Below are positions 11,960 through 25,572 of a stretch of DNA of 64,000 nucleotides, in pieces; position 1 is the first letter of the stretch; each line of letters opens with the position of its first letter. The position numbers and the translations under genes are program-made. The notes under the pieces are model-generated. The model was not told the origin of the DNA and made no database searches. It saw nothing but the letters and a program-made list of their open reading frames with translations. Source of the stretch: Eledone cirrhosa (taxonomy: Eukaryota); assembly GCA_964016885.1 (NCBI GenBank), contig OZ024743.1, positions 43,896,001-43,960,000 on the forward strand. The letters are read 5' to 3'.

Positions 11960-14900
11960 TGTTCGCCTACAGCATGATGGTGCCACGCTAAAATCACCGG
12001 GGGTGATGAAATCACTGGGGGTGATGACATCACTGGTGGTTATGTAAACATACATTCGCCAATCCTCGATATGAGTGTTTAAATGTCGAACCTAAACAGT
12101 TTGAATAACGGTGAAGAGGAGACTGGAACGTCATGGGAAATACTCTCACCCAGCAGGTGCTCCCTGTCTCAGCAGCAGAGAACTGGCTCTCATCCAAATA
12201 CTGCTGGTGTTGGAGGAAGAAGAAGAAGGAAAGTGACAAGAACCAAGTGGACGAAAGAATTGAATAGAACTTTCATGGAATGTTACCTGAAGAGTAATCC
12301 CATGGAAAAAGGCTATATGAAACAGATGCATAACATCTGGAACGAGATTGGTGTATTTAAATTAGATGAACAAAAATTGGCCGGGCAGGCTCGGGTAATA
12401 AGAACTAATGGATGGATAAGCGAGTTGGAACTGGAGGAATTGAGCAGAGAGATTAGGTTAGAAATGGAGAGTGGCGTATGTCAGGCAAACGAGCCAGTGG
12501 GAAATGAAGGTGAAGAGGTTGAGAGACCGGAGGAAGCATCCGAAGCAGACAATGATCTGAATGCCGAAATAAATAACGTCTGGAACAAAGATACGGCCAT
12601 TGAGGAAATGAATGCTGACGGGATAGGACAAGATTAGGTTGATACCCTGAACTTAGTGGTAGATGAAATGAACAATGATAGTGGAAAACCTATGAACCTA
12701 AGATTTGTAGACAAGAAAAAGTTAAAAGAAACAACAGCTAGGTAAACAAAGTCATCCCGTACCTTGAGGCGAGGAACCTTCACCAATGCAACAATATCCT
12801 CAAAGCAACAGTAAATGGGGTGAGGAAATTACTTGGCATAAAAACGAGAGGAAACAACAAATAAGAAAGATCAGAACCTTGTTGGAAGAAACGACTGAAT
12901 GATCAAATCAAGGAAATGAGAAAAGACATTGGAAAGCTTGAGGACATTACAAAACATAAACACTAAAAATAGATTGGAAATAAAGTACAAAACTAGGGGG
13001 AAAAGCTAAATATTATCATCGAGGAACTGAAGCAACGCATTGTAGCAAAAAGTGTAACGATGAGGCGGTATGAGAGCAAAGTCAGTCAGTATAGACAGAA
13101 CCGCATGTTTGACGACAACCACAAGATGTTGTTTGGACAGCTTGAACGGAAAGAAAGAGGCAACGACTTGATCTCTGTGGCGGAACAGACTAAGACATTC
13201 TGCAGAGGAATATGGAGCAGGATGTTGAACATAATAGTCAGGCAGTGTGGATTGAGACAGTACCAAGGAGATTACTGGACAAGCACACCAACATACTGAT
13301 TTAATTATCACAGTTGAAATTCTTAAAGGGCAGGCCAAAAATCTAACGAACTGGAAATCACCGGGCCCAGATGGTGTGCAGGGTTATTGGATTAAACATA
13401 TAACATCCCTCCACCCGTGACTGACAACCATGTTCAATGACTGCTCGATGTCGAGTGAGGTACCAGAGTGGTTGACAAAAGGTACCACAGTTCTGTAATG
13501 AAAGACCGAATCAAGGGTAATGATGTTACCAACAATAGACCTATCACATGTCTGTCCGTAATGTGGAAAATGTTAACAAGCATTGTGTCTGGGGAAATCT
13601 ACCATCAACTCCACATAAACAACTTGTTACCGGACGAACAGAAAGGATGCCGAACGAAGTCCCGTGGTACAAAAGACCAGTTACTTATTGATAAGTTGGT
13701 AATGAGGAATTGCAAGAGGAGACACACTGGACTTGACATGGGATGGATAGATTACAAAAGAGGCATTCGACATGGTACCTTATTCTTGGATAACCAAAAG
13801 CCTAGAGTTCTTCAAGGTGGTAGATAACATCAAACAGTTGTTGAGCAAAAGTATGGAGTCCTGGGAAACAGAATTAACATCGGGAGGAGAATCCTTGGGA
13901 GGCGTGAAGATCAAGAGAGGTATCTTCCAGGGAGATAGTTTGTCGCCTCTGCTCTTTGTCCTTGCCCTCATACCCCTGAACATTATTTGGCGAAAAGTGA
14001 GAGCAGGATACAAGTTGGGAAAAGGAGAGCTTACCGTCAACCACCTCCTCTTCATGAACGATCTTAAACTCTTTGAGAAGAGTGAGAAGGAGTTGGATGT
14101 ACTTGTTGACACTCTCCGTATTTTCAGCAATGATATATGTATAGAATTTGGTATTAATAAGTGTGGAGTCCTAGTGATGAAGAGGGGTAAATTGAGCAGA
14201 AGCAACGGAATCCAGGTGAGATGATCAAGGAAATTGACACTGAAGAAGAATACAAATATTTAGGTGTTCTAGGGGCAGATGACATCAAGAAGAAAAGAAT
14301 GAAGTAATTGATAAGTTCTGAGTACATTAGGAGAGTAATAGGCGTATTAAAATAACATCAAATACTAGGAATGTCATAAGTGCAGAGAATTCCCGAGCTG
14401 TGCCTATTATAAGGTACAGTGCAGGAATTCTGAAATGGAATGTTGCTGAACAAAAAGAAATGGATGGGAAGACTAGGAAGCTATTGACTATCCACAACAG
14501 GTTCCACAAGAGGAGTGATGTCGATAGACTCTACTTAAAGAGATCTGAAGATGAAAGTGGTCTTATCAGCATAGAGGACTATGTTCAGATAGAGAAAAAC
14601 AACATGCACAAATACGCGACTGACTGTAGGGAGCCAATGCTCAAAATTGTACTGAAGGAGAGGACAATAGACCAGGGGATGTCCAAGGAGGAAATAACAA
14701 CAAAGAGGAAGAGCAACTTCCATGAAAAATCCCTTCATAGTACCTTCTTTAAGAAAACTGAATTTAGAAATCCACAGACATGGAACTGGTTAAAATGAGG
14801 AGACCTTAAAACGGCTACAGAAGGAATGCTAATAGCTGCTCAAGGGCAGGCTCTCAGAACGAAGTGGGTGAAGCACCATATTTACAAGGAGAGGGTAGCC

Positions 14901-15552
14901 CAATGTGTAGGATCTGTGGAGAGAGAGAGAGGAGTTGTGGCTCACAATGTATCCGAGTGTAAACACGTAGCCCAGACTCTCTATAAAGGCTGGATACATG
15001 ATGTGATAGGCAGGGTGATCTACTGGCATCTATGAAAAGTAAACAATTTCCCAGAATCTGAGCAGTGGTATGAGCATAAGGCAGAGTCGGTGATAGAAAA
15101 CGATCAGGTGAAGGTGCTATGGGATTTTAGGATACAGACGGACAAGAAATTAGAACATAATAGGCCTGACCTGGTGGTTTTGGACAAGGAAAAAAGATCG
15201 TGCCTGATTGTAGAATTAGCCTGACCATTTGACACCAGAGTGCAAGAAAAGGAGAGGGAGACAATTAGCCGATACCTGGACTTAAAATGGGAGGTAAAAA
15301 GGATTTGGAACTGCCATGAAGTCAGAGTCGTCCCGATTGTCATAGGCGCACTAGGTACTATCTCAAAGAGTTTCCAGGGGTGGTTAAAGAAGATTAGTCC
15401 AGCCCAGCTTTTTGGAACACTTCAAAAGGCATGCTTCCTGGGAACAGCCAGAACACTCCGATACGTCCTGAATATCTGAGGCTGCAGGTAGCGGCTTGAT
15501 ATTCATTTCAACACACCTTCCAGTTAAATAACATCAACGACTGAGACTCAAA
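11960..15552 (+). mobile_element. Near full-length R4/Dong-like RLE non-LTR retrotransposon, many stops and frameshifts
   Basis: N-terminal KWTKELN..MECY. RT motifs NWKSPGPDG, RPITCL, EQKGC, GTKDQLLID, GIFQGDSLSPLLF and HLLFMNDLKLF. C-terminal Cys/His, NRPD and RLE motifs. (AAG)n tail. Confidence 0.93.
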
Positions 15553-15595
15553 GAAGAAGAAGAAGAAGAAGAAGAAGAAGAAGAAGAAGAAGAAA

Positions 15596-15655
15596 ATCCC
15601 GTTAAGGGTGAAAGCAGCGATTCTTTGCTTAAACTTTAATCTATTATTTTAATAA

Positions 15656-15656
<1 letters not shown>
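15596..15656 (+). mobile_element. 3' stub of hammerhead-bearing family B (core removed or overwritten by the (AAG)n tail)
   Basis: Reverse complement of 34925-34980 and 51901-51958. Confidence 0.7.
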
Positions 15657-15957
<301 letters not shown>

Positions 15958-16774
15958 GGTAGGTATAATCTCCGTAAATCTCTGTCTGATAATTCTACAA
16001 GTAATTGTTATTTGTCTTACTTTTCTGTCTTGTTCTACGATATATTTCAGGAGTCCAGCTCAAAATCACTGGGATTATTATCGCATTGACGCCCTTTTAC
16101 CTTAATTTTTCATTTATTTCTGAGTTAAGTAGTAATTTAATGAATCTATAATATTCATTTCTAATCGATTCTTTTATCTCTCTGTGTTTGAACACCTTCT
16201 ATTTCATTGTTTTCTAATTATTTGTATATCTGTGTATATATCTAATTGTCTGATATCAGTTTCTATATCTATCATGGTATAATAGTTTGCATTAGTGTTT
16301 CTCTCGTCAGCATATTTTTCTAGTCCCGATTTCATGACTATTTCTTTTGTGGATAAATGTACTTGATGCCACAGTGTTTAAATATGCATATTATCTGCAG
16401 TATACAGCGTTTGATCTAGCATACACAAGAGATTGTTAAATTGATTGATTTAGAACTGTTTGTTCCTTTAGTTCCAATAATGTAAACTAGAAATAGAATG
16501 ACTTAAGGTAAATTCCATGTTCAAATAGATGTAGTTTGTTTCCGGGATAATATGTAGTGAGTCGAAAATCCTCAATTAATTCAGAATTTTCTTTCTATTT
16601 TCTGACGAGCACAATCTTTGGCAAATTCAAGTTTCTAATCAGCAACAAATTATGAAAACGTGCTAGAACATCGAAATAATCGAAGGTATAGTAAAAAAAT
16701 AAAAAAATAAAATCCAACGACGTATGTATATTTTCTAAAGTTCAACTCCGACATCGACGGGAATATTTTGAGCT

Positions 16775-16880
16775 TAGCCGAGGTTAACTTTGCCTTTCAT
16801 CCTTGCGAGGTGATAAAATAACGTACCAGTAATGCACTGGCATAATTGCTGGACTTGTGCCAACATTAGAAACAATTATA
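16775..16880 (+). mobile_element. SINE 3' fragment
   Basis: GCCGAGGTTAACTTTGCCTTTCATCC...AGAAACAATTAT, shared with the other copies. Confidence 0.85.
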
Positions 16881-19800
16881 TGTATATCTATAGTAGAAAA
16901 ACGAAAAATACCTTCAGTGGGTCATTTCTTAGGAAACCTTAATCAGTTTACACCTGATATATTAGTGATATCTCGGCAAAAAAAAGCAAACCTGGCAAAT
17001 ATCAGTTAAAACGTACCATATTTAAACCATAAGACTGGGGTTTCTTCTTTCTGATATGTATATTGCTAGTTCTGTTTCTGTCCGTAAAATATTTACAACA
17101 TCCATTCAATACTCATTGAGACACCAAAAGAAGCGAGGAATTTGCAAAGACGTTAGACCATCGGACAGAATGTGTTGTCGTAATCGTTCTGGTTTTCTGA
17201 TCTTAGTGACTGAATCCAGCCTTTCATACTTTCCATGACTATTAGTCAAGTACTGAAGTCGATTATTCTTCTCCATCGCATTCTTGTTGCCCCTTTCTTT
17301 TTTGCACTTTTTTTTTCGCTCTAACTCTCACTGTCAGTTATTTGCTTTCCCTCTCACATGCTCCCTCTCTTTTTCTCGCGTGTGACTAGATCTGCCAAAT
17401 ATATGCCTTAGACACGCCATATATGCCCTAGATATGCCGCCCCGGCTATAACTCAAACGTGTGTAAAGAGCCTAAAGTATGGCAGGATTACACATATTTC
17501 CTTCCAACAATTTCTCTTCAATGGCTCGCTTAATTATACTAATTCAACTTGTTTAAACGTGAAACTTATTCCTCAATACATACTACTGCAAAAAAAAAAA
17601 CCTTCACTTCATATTGATGTTCAACACACCATGAATTTCAACCAACGTGTGAACGCTAGAAAATGTGATAAACGCCGCTCAAGTTGATAATTATGTGAAA
17701 TCAGTGCTTTGTGTATTCATCTGTCTAATGTAACACGCTTTACGTCTAATGTGGAGTATTGATTGAATTGTCTACTGCCTGTATCACTTTGAATCTAGTT
17801 TTCTAAGATTTTGTTTTGCAAAGAAATCTTTTTCTATTATCGAATAATTTAAAGATTTGACGCGTTGCTGAGTGAAAGATTTGGATCAGTGAATGATTAA
17901 GATGTTTCTCGGTGCATACAGTTACTGAAATATATATAAATCTGATATTACATTTCGTACTCGTGATTTTAATGTGTTACGCTTCACTTTCAATTAAAGG
18001 GTGTTATCTTTCTTAATTGTTCTTACTTCCGTACCGTATTCCCAAGGTGGTATTATCATATTTGTATAGTAATATTCGATGTACAAAAGAGTGAACACAT
18101 TTATCTTCACGCCTTCGCATATTACAATGTTATATTCCCGTTTCTTTAAATGTATTTTGTTAGTAAGTATTTTGTTGATACATGTTTATTCATTTTGACC
18201 AGGCGTAAATCTTTATGTTTGTCGACTAAGCCAACTACTTTTTCTTCCGGATGAGATCTGAAAATGTTTATCTCGCAATCATTATGTCCAGTATTCGATC
18301 ATATTTCGTGGCATCGTGTCAGCCAATGCCTTTACAATAACTTTGGGTAGGCCGTGTGAGGATAATCGGTAGAGAGTAACTAATATTGGGACACGTTGGA
18401 TGGATAGCACCTGAGATTTAAAATTCCATTATGGTGTTATATCGTTTTACGCTGAATACGAGTTAGTGGATTACTCAACCACGTTCATTGGCTAGATGTT
18501 CAGTTGATCGACTAACAGAATGTTCAACGCCGAAACAAATGGCCGGTGATTGTATAATCATAGTGTACTAAACAGATCGTTAGAATAATTTTGGTCCGTC
18601 CTTTCCAAGACTATAAATGATACAAGTGATATTTGCACACATTTCGTCATATTTGACCATAGGTTTGTACGAGTAATCATTCGTACCAAGGCTCGAGCCT
18701 GTGAAGGCGTTTCGTGGAAGATCCGCTGTTGAACAATTGCTCAAATTTCCTCTCTCCCCTTCACTGATATTGGCTGAAGTAAAGGTATAGGCCAATATAG
18801 CTTGACACTGGTCTCGTCGCAACTCATTCTTACCAGCCGTGTTGACTAGCAGTATGAAATAGTCTTCTCAACGAGTCAACGAACTACCTATTCCAGGAAT
18901 CGAAATCACTAGCTATAGTCCGTTATTTCAAATTTCTAACAACTAGGCCACGATGTTTCAGAAGATTCAAGAACCATATCATTTGCTTGGATCTTAAGAT
19001 TCCGAAAGCCACGCTGTGCTCTTGAGAATCACATTTTAATTTAAAATGTCCCATCAAATCATGCGGTAAATTTATTTTGTAGCTTTAATTAAGATTCTTG
19101 ACATACATTGTGTCAGGAAGAATATTCCAGAGAATTACACTAAGAATATCTGCGTCTGTGGAATGTTCAGTGACTTCCATGTTGATCCCATGCATAGATG
19201 TTTCCTTTGTTATGGAATAATCATCGTTTTTACCGACAACGCCTCAACAATAGCCTTGAGAATAAATTATTAAAAGACATGAAACAATCCCCCAATAGAG
19301 ATGTCAATCATATATATTTTGGGTTTGGTTTTATATTAAAAGGAAAGCACAAAAATCTCACAGCATTTATTCAAACAGATATTTCAATGGTGAATCCATT
19401 TGCACGATCTTATCGAAGATCCTACTTATACCATAATTTCATAATAATTATTACACGACATATTTGTGACATATTGCATACGTGGAATGAGGTCGTATCA
19501 AGATTATATAAGCTTAAGGCACTTAGATGCTTTCAAATTTGAGACGTGCTCCGAATACCTGATACAAAATGGATTCCACCAATGACAACTAACGAATCAT
19601 AATTGCACGGATTAAGTGTAAAAATCCTAAACAGTTGAGATTTCTCTTGCAAATAAAAGACAAACCTGCTTCTAGATGTACCGAAAAGTTTAAAACATAC
19701 ACAAGCATGGCCTACTACGTGAACCGTGGACCGTGGATGATCTTCAATAAAATTCAGAACTAAATTATCTCAAAACTGATTTCGCTGATGTGATCTGATA

Positions 19801-21139
19801 AAAAAGCCCCAGCTGGGTGAATGTTTCTCCAGATATTTGTCAATATAGTGCATATCGTTGGTCTACTGCTACAGAACGTCTCGCTCGCTATCAAATTACC
19901 TTTGTATCGGGAATGAACATGTTTGAAAACATCATGGGGTATATATGTATCGCTGCAAATGATCAACGTCTGAAATGCGTCACGTGAAAGCTTTCCATTT
20001 AATTTCTCCTTTTGCCTTTTCTTTATTTATTTTGTTTTGGTTTCTCAATTTTCTTATTTCCGAGATTTGGACTGTAATGGTGATAAGAAATAATTAGTGG
20101 ATAACGGTTTGGTGTAATCCATATGTCACTAGCCAGGTACTTACACCTTACTGTGGCATATAAATTGGGATCTAAATATAAAACCTCACCATCATCAGCT
20201 TTTCCTACCCTCCTGACGTGGTGAATACATGAAATACCAGTCATGGGGCAGATGATTGGTGGAGAAATTAAATCGTTCGAACGGTATCTATTCAGGATCT
20301 TCGCGTTGTGACGTTAGACACAACGTTCTGTCATCTGAACAGCTTGTCAGAAGTTTCGAAAACCAGATAATATCAGCAATAGGATTGGCCTATGGAAACA
20401 GTTTCATTCGTCCGATCTGCTATTCGGCGTTTTCCATGTTGTGTACAGTAGATGTTTGGACTATTTCTCTAGTTAATCTCTTAATTTATATTTACACCAT
20501 CATTTTTGTAAAGATATACATACTCATTTATCTAATACCATTCTAATTTTGATATCAGAAATATCAGCTGTTTAACATTGTAACCAGTAGTGCTTTTGTT
20601 TTTACTTCATTTTGGTTTATTTCTTTTTTGTTTCTCGTAGAGAGATTTAATAACCTGCGATATCATAAATTATAATTGACTAACGCACACGCAGCTTGAT
20701 ATTGGTTCCAATAATCCGTGCAACAATGTCAATTCTTATGCTTGGAAGAAGAATCATATTCCTGCTCAATGAAAGATGGGCAGCACAGCGGGGAAATCAA
20801 CATGACAAAAGTCAGAAAGATTACATATGTTAACCAGAAATACTTCAATTCCTTATGCACAACTGATGTATTAGTATTTCTAAAAAGATATCCAGCCAAC
20901 ACCAAGGAGGAAATTCGCTCATCAAGCTTTAGATACGAATGAGTTTCTATTCAAATTATGAATTGCCGAATAAATTTAATATTCTTAAAGTATAGTAGGT
21001 TCAGCAATGTTAAAGAGCAACATCAAGTGGGGAACTGTGCATTAAATCATTCTAGCTTCAATAATCCTAGATACTACGAATATATTCAACACAAATCTAT
21101 TTAATAAACGCCTTCTTTCTTCTGGCAGTATCAGAAAGT

Positions 21140-21640
21140 AAGCTGGGTCAGCCTAAAATACCTACCTTATCTCTGAACCACGCATACTATCGAGTATAAA
21201 TACTCCAAAGCCTCTTCTCGAAATCCAATCTCAGCTGCTTGTATACGTGATTGTATTCATGTGGGCATTACCCCAGATTCATGACCAATGATAAAGGTCG
21301 GCACGAATGCCGAATTGAAGATAACCAGTTTAGCGTTTACACCTACCTACCTTCTTCTGCACATAATTCAGCCTCCTGCCTTCCATCACACGTTAACACG
21401 GCCCCGAAAGATTTGAAGTCTCCAACTGGTTTCAAATGTAGATTGCACTGCGCAAGTTTTCTTTAGAAGAGAACTCAGTTTTTGCAGCACTGATTTTCAT
21501 TTCAGCCCTGCAGCACTCATCATCAAACCGATTAAGTGCAAGTCGGCGATCACTTTGTGGCATGTTAAGTAACACCGCGTCGTCTGCAAACTCCTGCTGA
21601 CTGACTTTTCACCTCCCAGTCATGATACGATTTCCAATGC
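21140..21640 (-). mobile_element. Degenerate RTE-clade LINE reverse transcriptase fragment
   Basis: Minus-strand translation FADDAVLL...LNRFDDECCRAEMKISAAKTE, then FKSFGAVLTCDGR. Confidence 0.7.
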
Positions 21641-21759
21641 GGCTGGTAATGTTAATCCTCTAGACAGAGCTGTTTTGCTTGAAAACAAGTCGCAGATAGC
21701 GGATAGTAATACAGCCACTATATATAATAATTAGATGTGATATTCGCGGACAATTATTT

Positions 21760-22505
21760 TTGCCGGGCTTATAGCCAACCTCGAACGAAGAGCCGTAAAG
21801 TACCACCTGTAGCTCCCAAGAAAGCTCTCACAACCCAGTGGCGTAGCTATGAGGAGGCGAGTAAACGCCGCCTATAAAAAAAAAATCAAGGGTTTGACAA
21901 AGTACAATATTGGTGACTGGCATGAATAAGACCACCGAAACTACAACTGCAATATGGTGAGAGGAACAAAGAAGAGCCATAGCTTATAATCCTCTGCGAG
22001 GGTTAACTATTGATGCGTTCAGGATTTACGTATCCCGAGAGTGCAAAGAGGGTCAGGAACGGAGCAAACCTTGACAATTGGAACTTGGAATATCACAAAC
22101 CTAACAGGTAATGAGGAGGAACTAATAGAGGAGACTAGATGCTACCGGCCAAAAATAATCGAGGTTTCCTCAACAAAATTTCGTGGCTATGATACTTTAG
22201 ATTTGGATGGAGGATGGAAATTCCACTATTCAGGCGAGGCTCCAAAAAATGAATACACAAGCAGGATCGAGGCACTCACAAGCCCCCGGCTGTCAGAATG
22301 TATTATGGACTGGATTAATTACAGTGAAAAATTTACTCTTGAAGCTGAGGCTGAGAGGTAGGTCTCTGTGAGTGGTGCAGGTTATGGCATCAAGTAAGGA
22401 GTCAGAATATAGGTCCTTCCTTGATGAAGTCACTGCAGCATTAGATGTCGTTAAGACGGAGTCATATATCGTGATGTGAAAGTTGAATGCATACGTTTGG
22501 GAAAA
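21760..22505 (+). mobile_element. RTE-clade LINE 5' region and endonuclease fragment
   Basis: ORF 22041-22361 has LTIGTWNITNLTG, VSSTKFRG and GWKFHYSG, typical of the RTE APE N-terminus. The 5' boundary is uncertain. Confidence 0.75.
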
Positions 22506-22683
22506 CAAGAATAAAAGGAAAAAGAGAAAAAGGAATAAAGAGAAAAACGACAAATGTAAAGTTAGTTTATAGCTTGTAGTACAAATTTTGCGTACAGAAA
22601 TCCGGGAGTTGGGAAATAGTATCAATTTAGCTATCAATTCCTTTAGCGTATTACTAATTCCTTGCACTAATGTATCCATATTT

Positions 22684-23040
22684 AACGAAAGAACAGTGGT
22701 AAGGAACTAGGAACACACCAGAGTACTCGATACTTAGGGTAGTAGAGTGCGTAATAGGGAAAGAGTCAGGACCCTGACGGCTGAGCTCTGGTCATTTCGA
22801 CAGCAAGATCCGAACTAAACCAGTGGTGTTAGGACTAGTGTTACAAAAGAAAAAAACAACAATTTTTAAAATTGTTTTTTATGATACTACAACTATGTTT
22901 TGATTTACTGCCCATATATGGACTGTACACCTTGATCAGTCCAGCCAAGTCACTACCGTCCTAACACTACTGTTTTAGTTCGGAAACTTGCTGTCGAAAC
23001 GGCCGGAGCTCAGCCGTCAGGATCGTGACTCTTTTCCTAT
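22684..23040. mobile_element. Fold-back element, family C (probable pLTR remnant)
   Basis: About 22753-22840 is inverted relative to about 22951-23040. Other copies at 27032-27202, 34311-34477 (-) and 38933-39000 (-), all beside (TA)n. Confidence 0.7.
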
Positions 23041-23066
23041 ATATATATATACCACATACATTCGGG

Positions 23067-23170
<104 letters not shown>

Positions 23171-23785
23171 CACATACAATTTTTTAAAAGTATTGGATTT
23201 TGGCGTTTCATAGAAATGGAGTTCTGTCTTATCACTACTTGAAAGACGGATTTTTGACAATCTTTCTTTTTACTCATGATAAGAGGACGCCATATCGTTT
23301 TCTACATGCTAGTGCAGCTAAAATGTTGAGAACAGTAAAGACATATATATGCCAAGCAATTATTTTATTTTTAATAGACACAGTTACTGTTAAATGATAT
23401 ATGTAAAAGCACATGAAGTGTCTATGTTGTTATTGATTACGGTGAGGAAAACGTCAATAAATTGATTCGAAAATTAGATGCTTCAGGTATCAAATGATAC
23501 TTTAATGAAGCAGTGAAATTAACAGTCTGGCCAAACAGATTCTAACTCCATAGACACTTGTAGTGCTTCCTTTTAAGAAAATTATTTCAATAAAATTTGT
23601 AATAACACGAAAAATATAAAATACACACAATATGTAAAATTGTAAGATATTTTTTATACGATTTTTCTCTTGATACTTTGAAGTAACATACTTTTTTGCT
23701 ATTATCGATACAGTAAATGGATGTATTTATGTTTATATATATATATATATATATATAGATGTGGGAGTGTGTAGATGTGTGTATA

Positions 23786-23825
<40 letters not shown>

Positions 23826-23989
23826 TAAATGTGTGTTTGTGTGTGTGTACGTGCGTGTGTGTATGCGTGCGTGTGTGTGTGTTGCAGTGCCGCTGGTGTA
23901 TGTGTGTGGAGTAAATATCGGTGGATGAGAAAAAGGAAAACAGTGCTCAGTCTGGTGGGAGAGCTGATGTATTATATTATGTATGTTTA

Positions 23990-24212
23990 ATGGCGGTGGA
24001 GTGGCAATATGGGTAAAGCGTTGGACTATATTCTGTATACAGTTACCGCTCTTCACTTTTTGAGTTCAAACCCCGCCGAGATTAGCTTTGCTTTTCATCC
24101 TTTATGTTCCAGTAATATAAAACGGCAGTAATGACCTGGAGGTTGATTTAATCAATTTTCCTCTCGCCCCATATATGTTATTGGCTTTCTGCCTAAATCA
24201 GAGACTATTATT
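23990..24212 (+). mobile_element. Diverged SINE copy
   Basis: B-box-like GAGTTCAAACCCC followed by CTTTGCTTTTCATCC core. Confidence 0.75.
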
Positions 24213-24221
24213 CGTGTATGT

Positions 24222-24420
24222 TAAGGGCGGTCGATTGGCAGTATCGGTAGAGGGTCGGACGCCATGCTTTGCAGCGTAGAGTTACGGCCCTTTATGATCT
24301 GAGTTCAAATCCTGCCAAGGTTAACTTTGCCTTTCATCCTCACGGGGTCGATAAAATAAAGTCCCAGTAATACACTGAGGTAATTGCTGGCCTTGTGCCA
24401 AAAGTAGAAACAATTATTTA
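24222..24420 (+). mobile_element. Full-length tRNA-type SINE
   Basis: A-box-like TGGCAGTATCGGTAGAG, B-box GAGTTCAAATCC, conserved core CTTTGCCTTTCATCC..GGGGTCGATAAAATAAAGT and an (ATT)-type tail. Confidence 0.9.
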
Positions 24421-24849
24421 TGTATATTCATACACGACAACCCTTTTTGTTCCGAGTATGAACATAAAGAATAATATAATATTCAAGGCCGGACTAGAAA
24501 CATGTTTTACAATATATATGTTGCGAAAACATACGTATTTGTAACGGCTAGTTACCACATCCGATCATTCAGCAACATTTAGCCATTTTCAGGTGTGGAT
24601 TGCAAAATTAATTATATAAGATAACAGTAATACGGCAAACACATAGTGAGAATAACGAATTGATTTGATTCGGAGAAGGCTCGGCAATTTGGTGTTATTG
24701 TAAGGGCACATACGGGGAAGTGGATATTTTCGAGAATAGTATTTATATCTTATATTTCTCAAGTTTGACTCATATTTTGTCTTTTTGTCGAACCACAAAG
24801 TTATGGAAGATAAACATAGTCAGCGACACACTGACAAATACAACCACGC

Positions 24850-24988
<139 letters not shown>

Positions 24989-25343
24989 AAAATTGGAATT
25001 ACCACGGAAAACATATTTAAGTGTTTGTTCTACTTTCTTAGATCCGTCAAAGTGGCATTATTGAAAAAAATGAGATGGACAATTGTTTTAAAAAAAGTGT
25101 TTTATAATGTATATAAAGTATATAAAATCTAACCGGTTTCGATGTATTCGGAAAATTCATCTTGTCAGATGTTGTGTATTACAGTTAAAAAGAATTAATA
25201 AGAATTAAAAACTAAAAATAAAAGATTTAAAATTAAGTAATCAGGTAAGTTATTTTTCATCTTCCTTGTTCTGAAGGAAATGAAAAAAACTTAGCTCAAC
25301 ACATAATTTTAGATATTTAATTGTTAGTTTTTAATTCTTATTA

Positions 25344-25374
<31 letters not shown>

Positions 25375-25397
25375 TTTTATATATATATATATATATA

Positions 25398-25473
<76 letters not shown>

Positions 25474-25477
25474 AAAG

Positions 25478-25526
25478 GCTTCTACAAGTCTAGAACTGTT
25501 TCATTCGGGAGAAATCATCAGGAAGC
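25478..25526 (-). ncRNA. Type I hammerhead ribozyme motif
   Basis: GCTTC-CTGATGA-tTTCtcccGAAt-GAAAC-agttctagactt-GTA-GAAGC: stem I GCTTC/GAAGC, canonical core, near-palindromic stem III, GUA triplet. Confidence 0.75.
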
Positions 25527-25572
25527 TTTCTGATGATTTCTCTCGTATGAAACAGTTCTAGTCATGTAAAAG
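25526..25572 (+). ncRNA. Type I hammerhead ribozyme motif (inverted partner)
   Basis: CTTT-CTGATGA-tttctctcgtat-GAAAC-agttctagtcat-GTA-AAAG: stem I CTTT/AAAG. Stem II is weakened. Confidence 0.6.

Noticed and set aside
11990-12045. CRISPR-like array
   Set aside because: Adjacent tandem units without spacers, in a eukaryotic LINE UTR, with no cas genes.
19740-20460. Higher-complexity stretch that might be a host exon
   Set aside because: The frames I translated have stops and no recognisable domain or convincing splice pair. It needs BLASTX or RNA-seq.
24222-24320. tRNA gene
   Set aside because: Only A/B-box-like motifs are present, with no cloverleaf. It is a SINE head.
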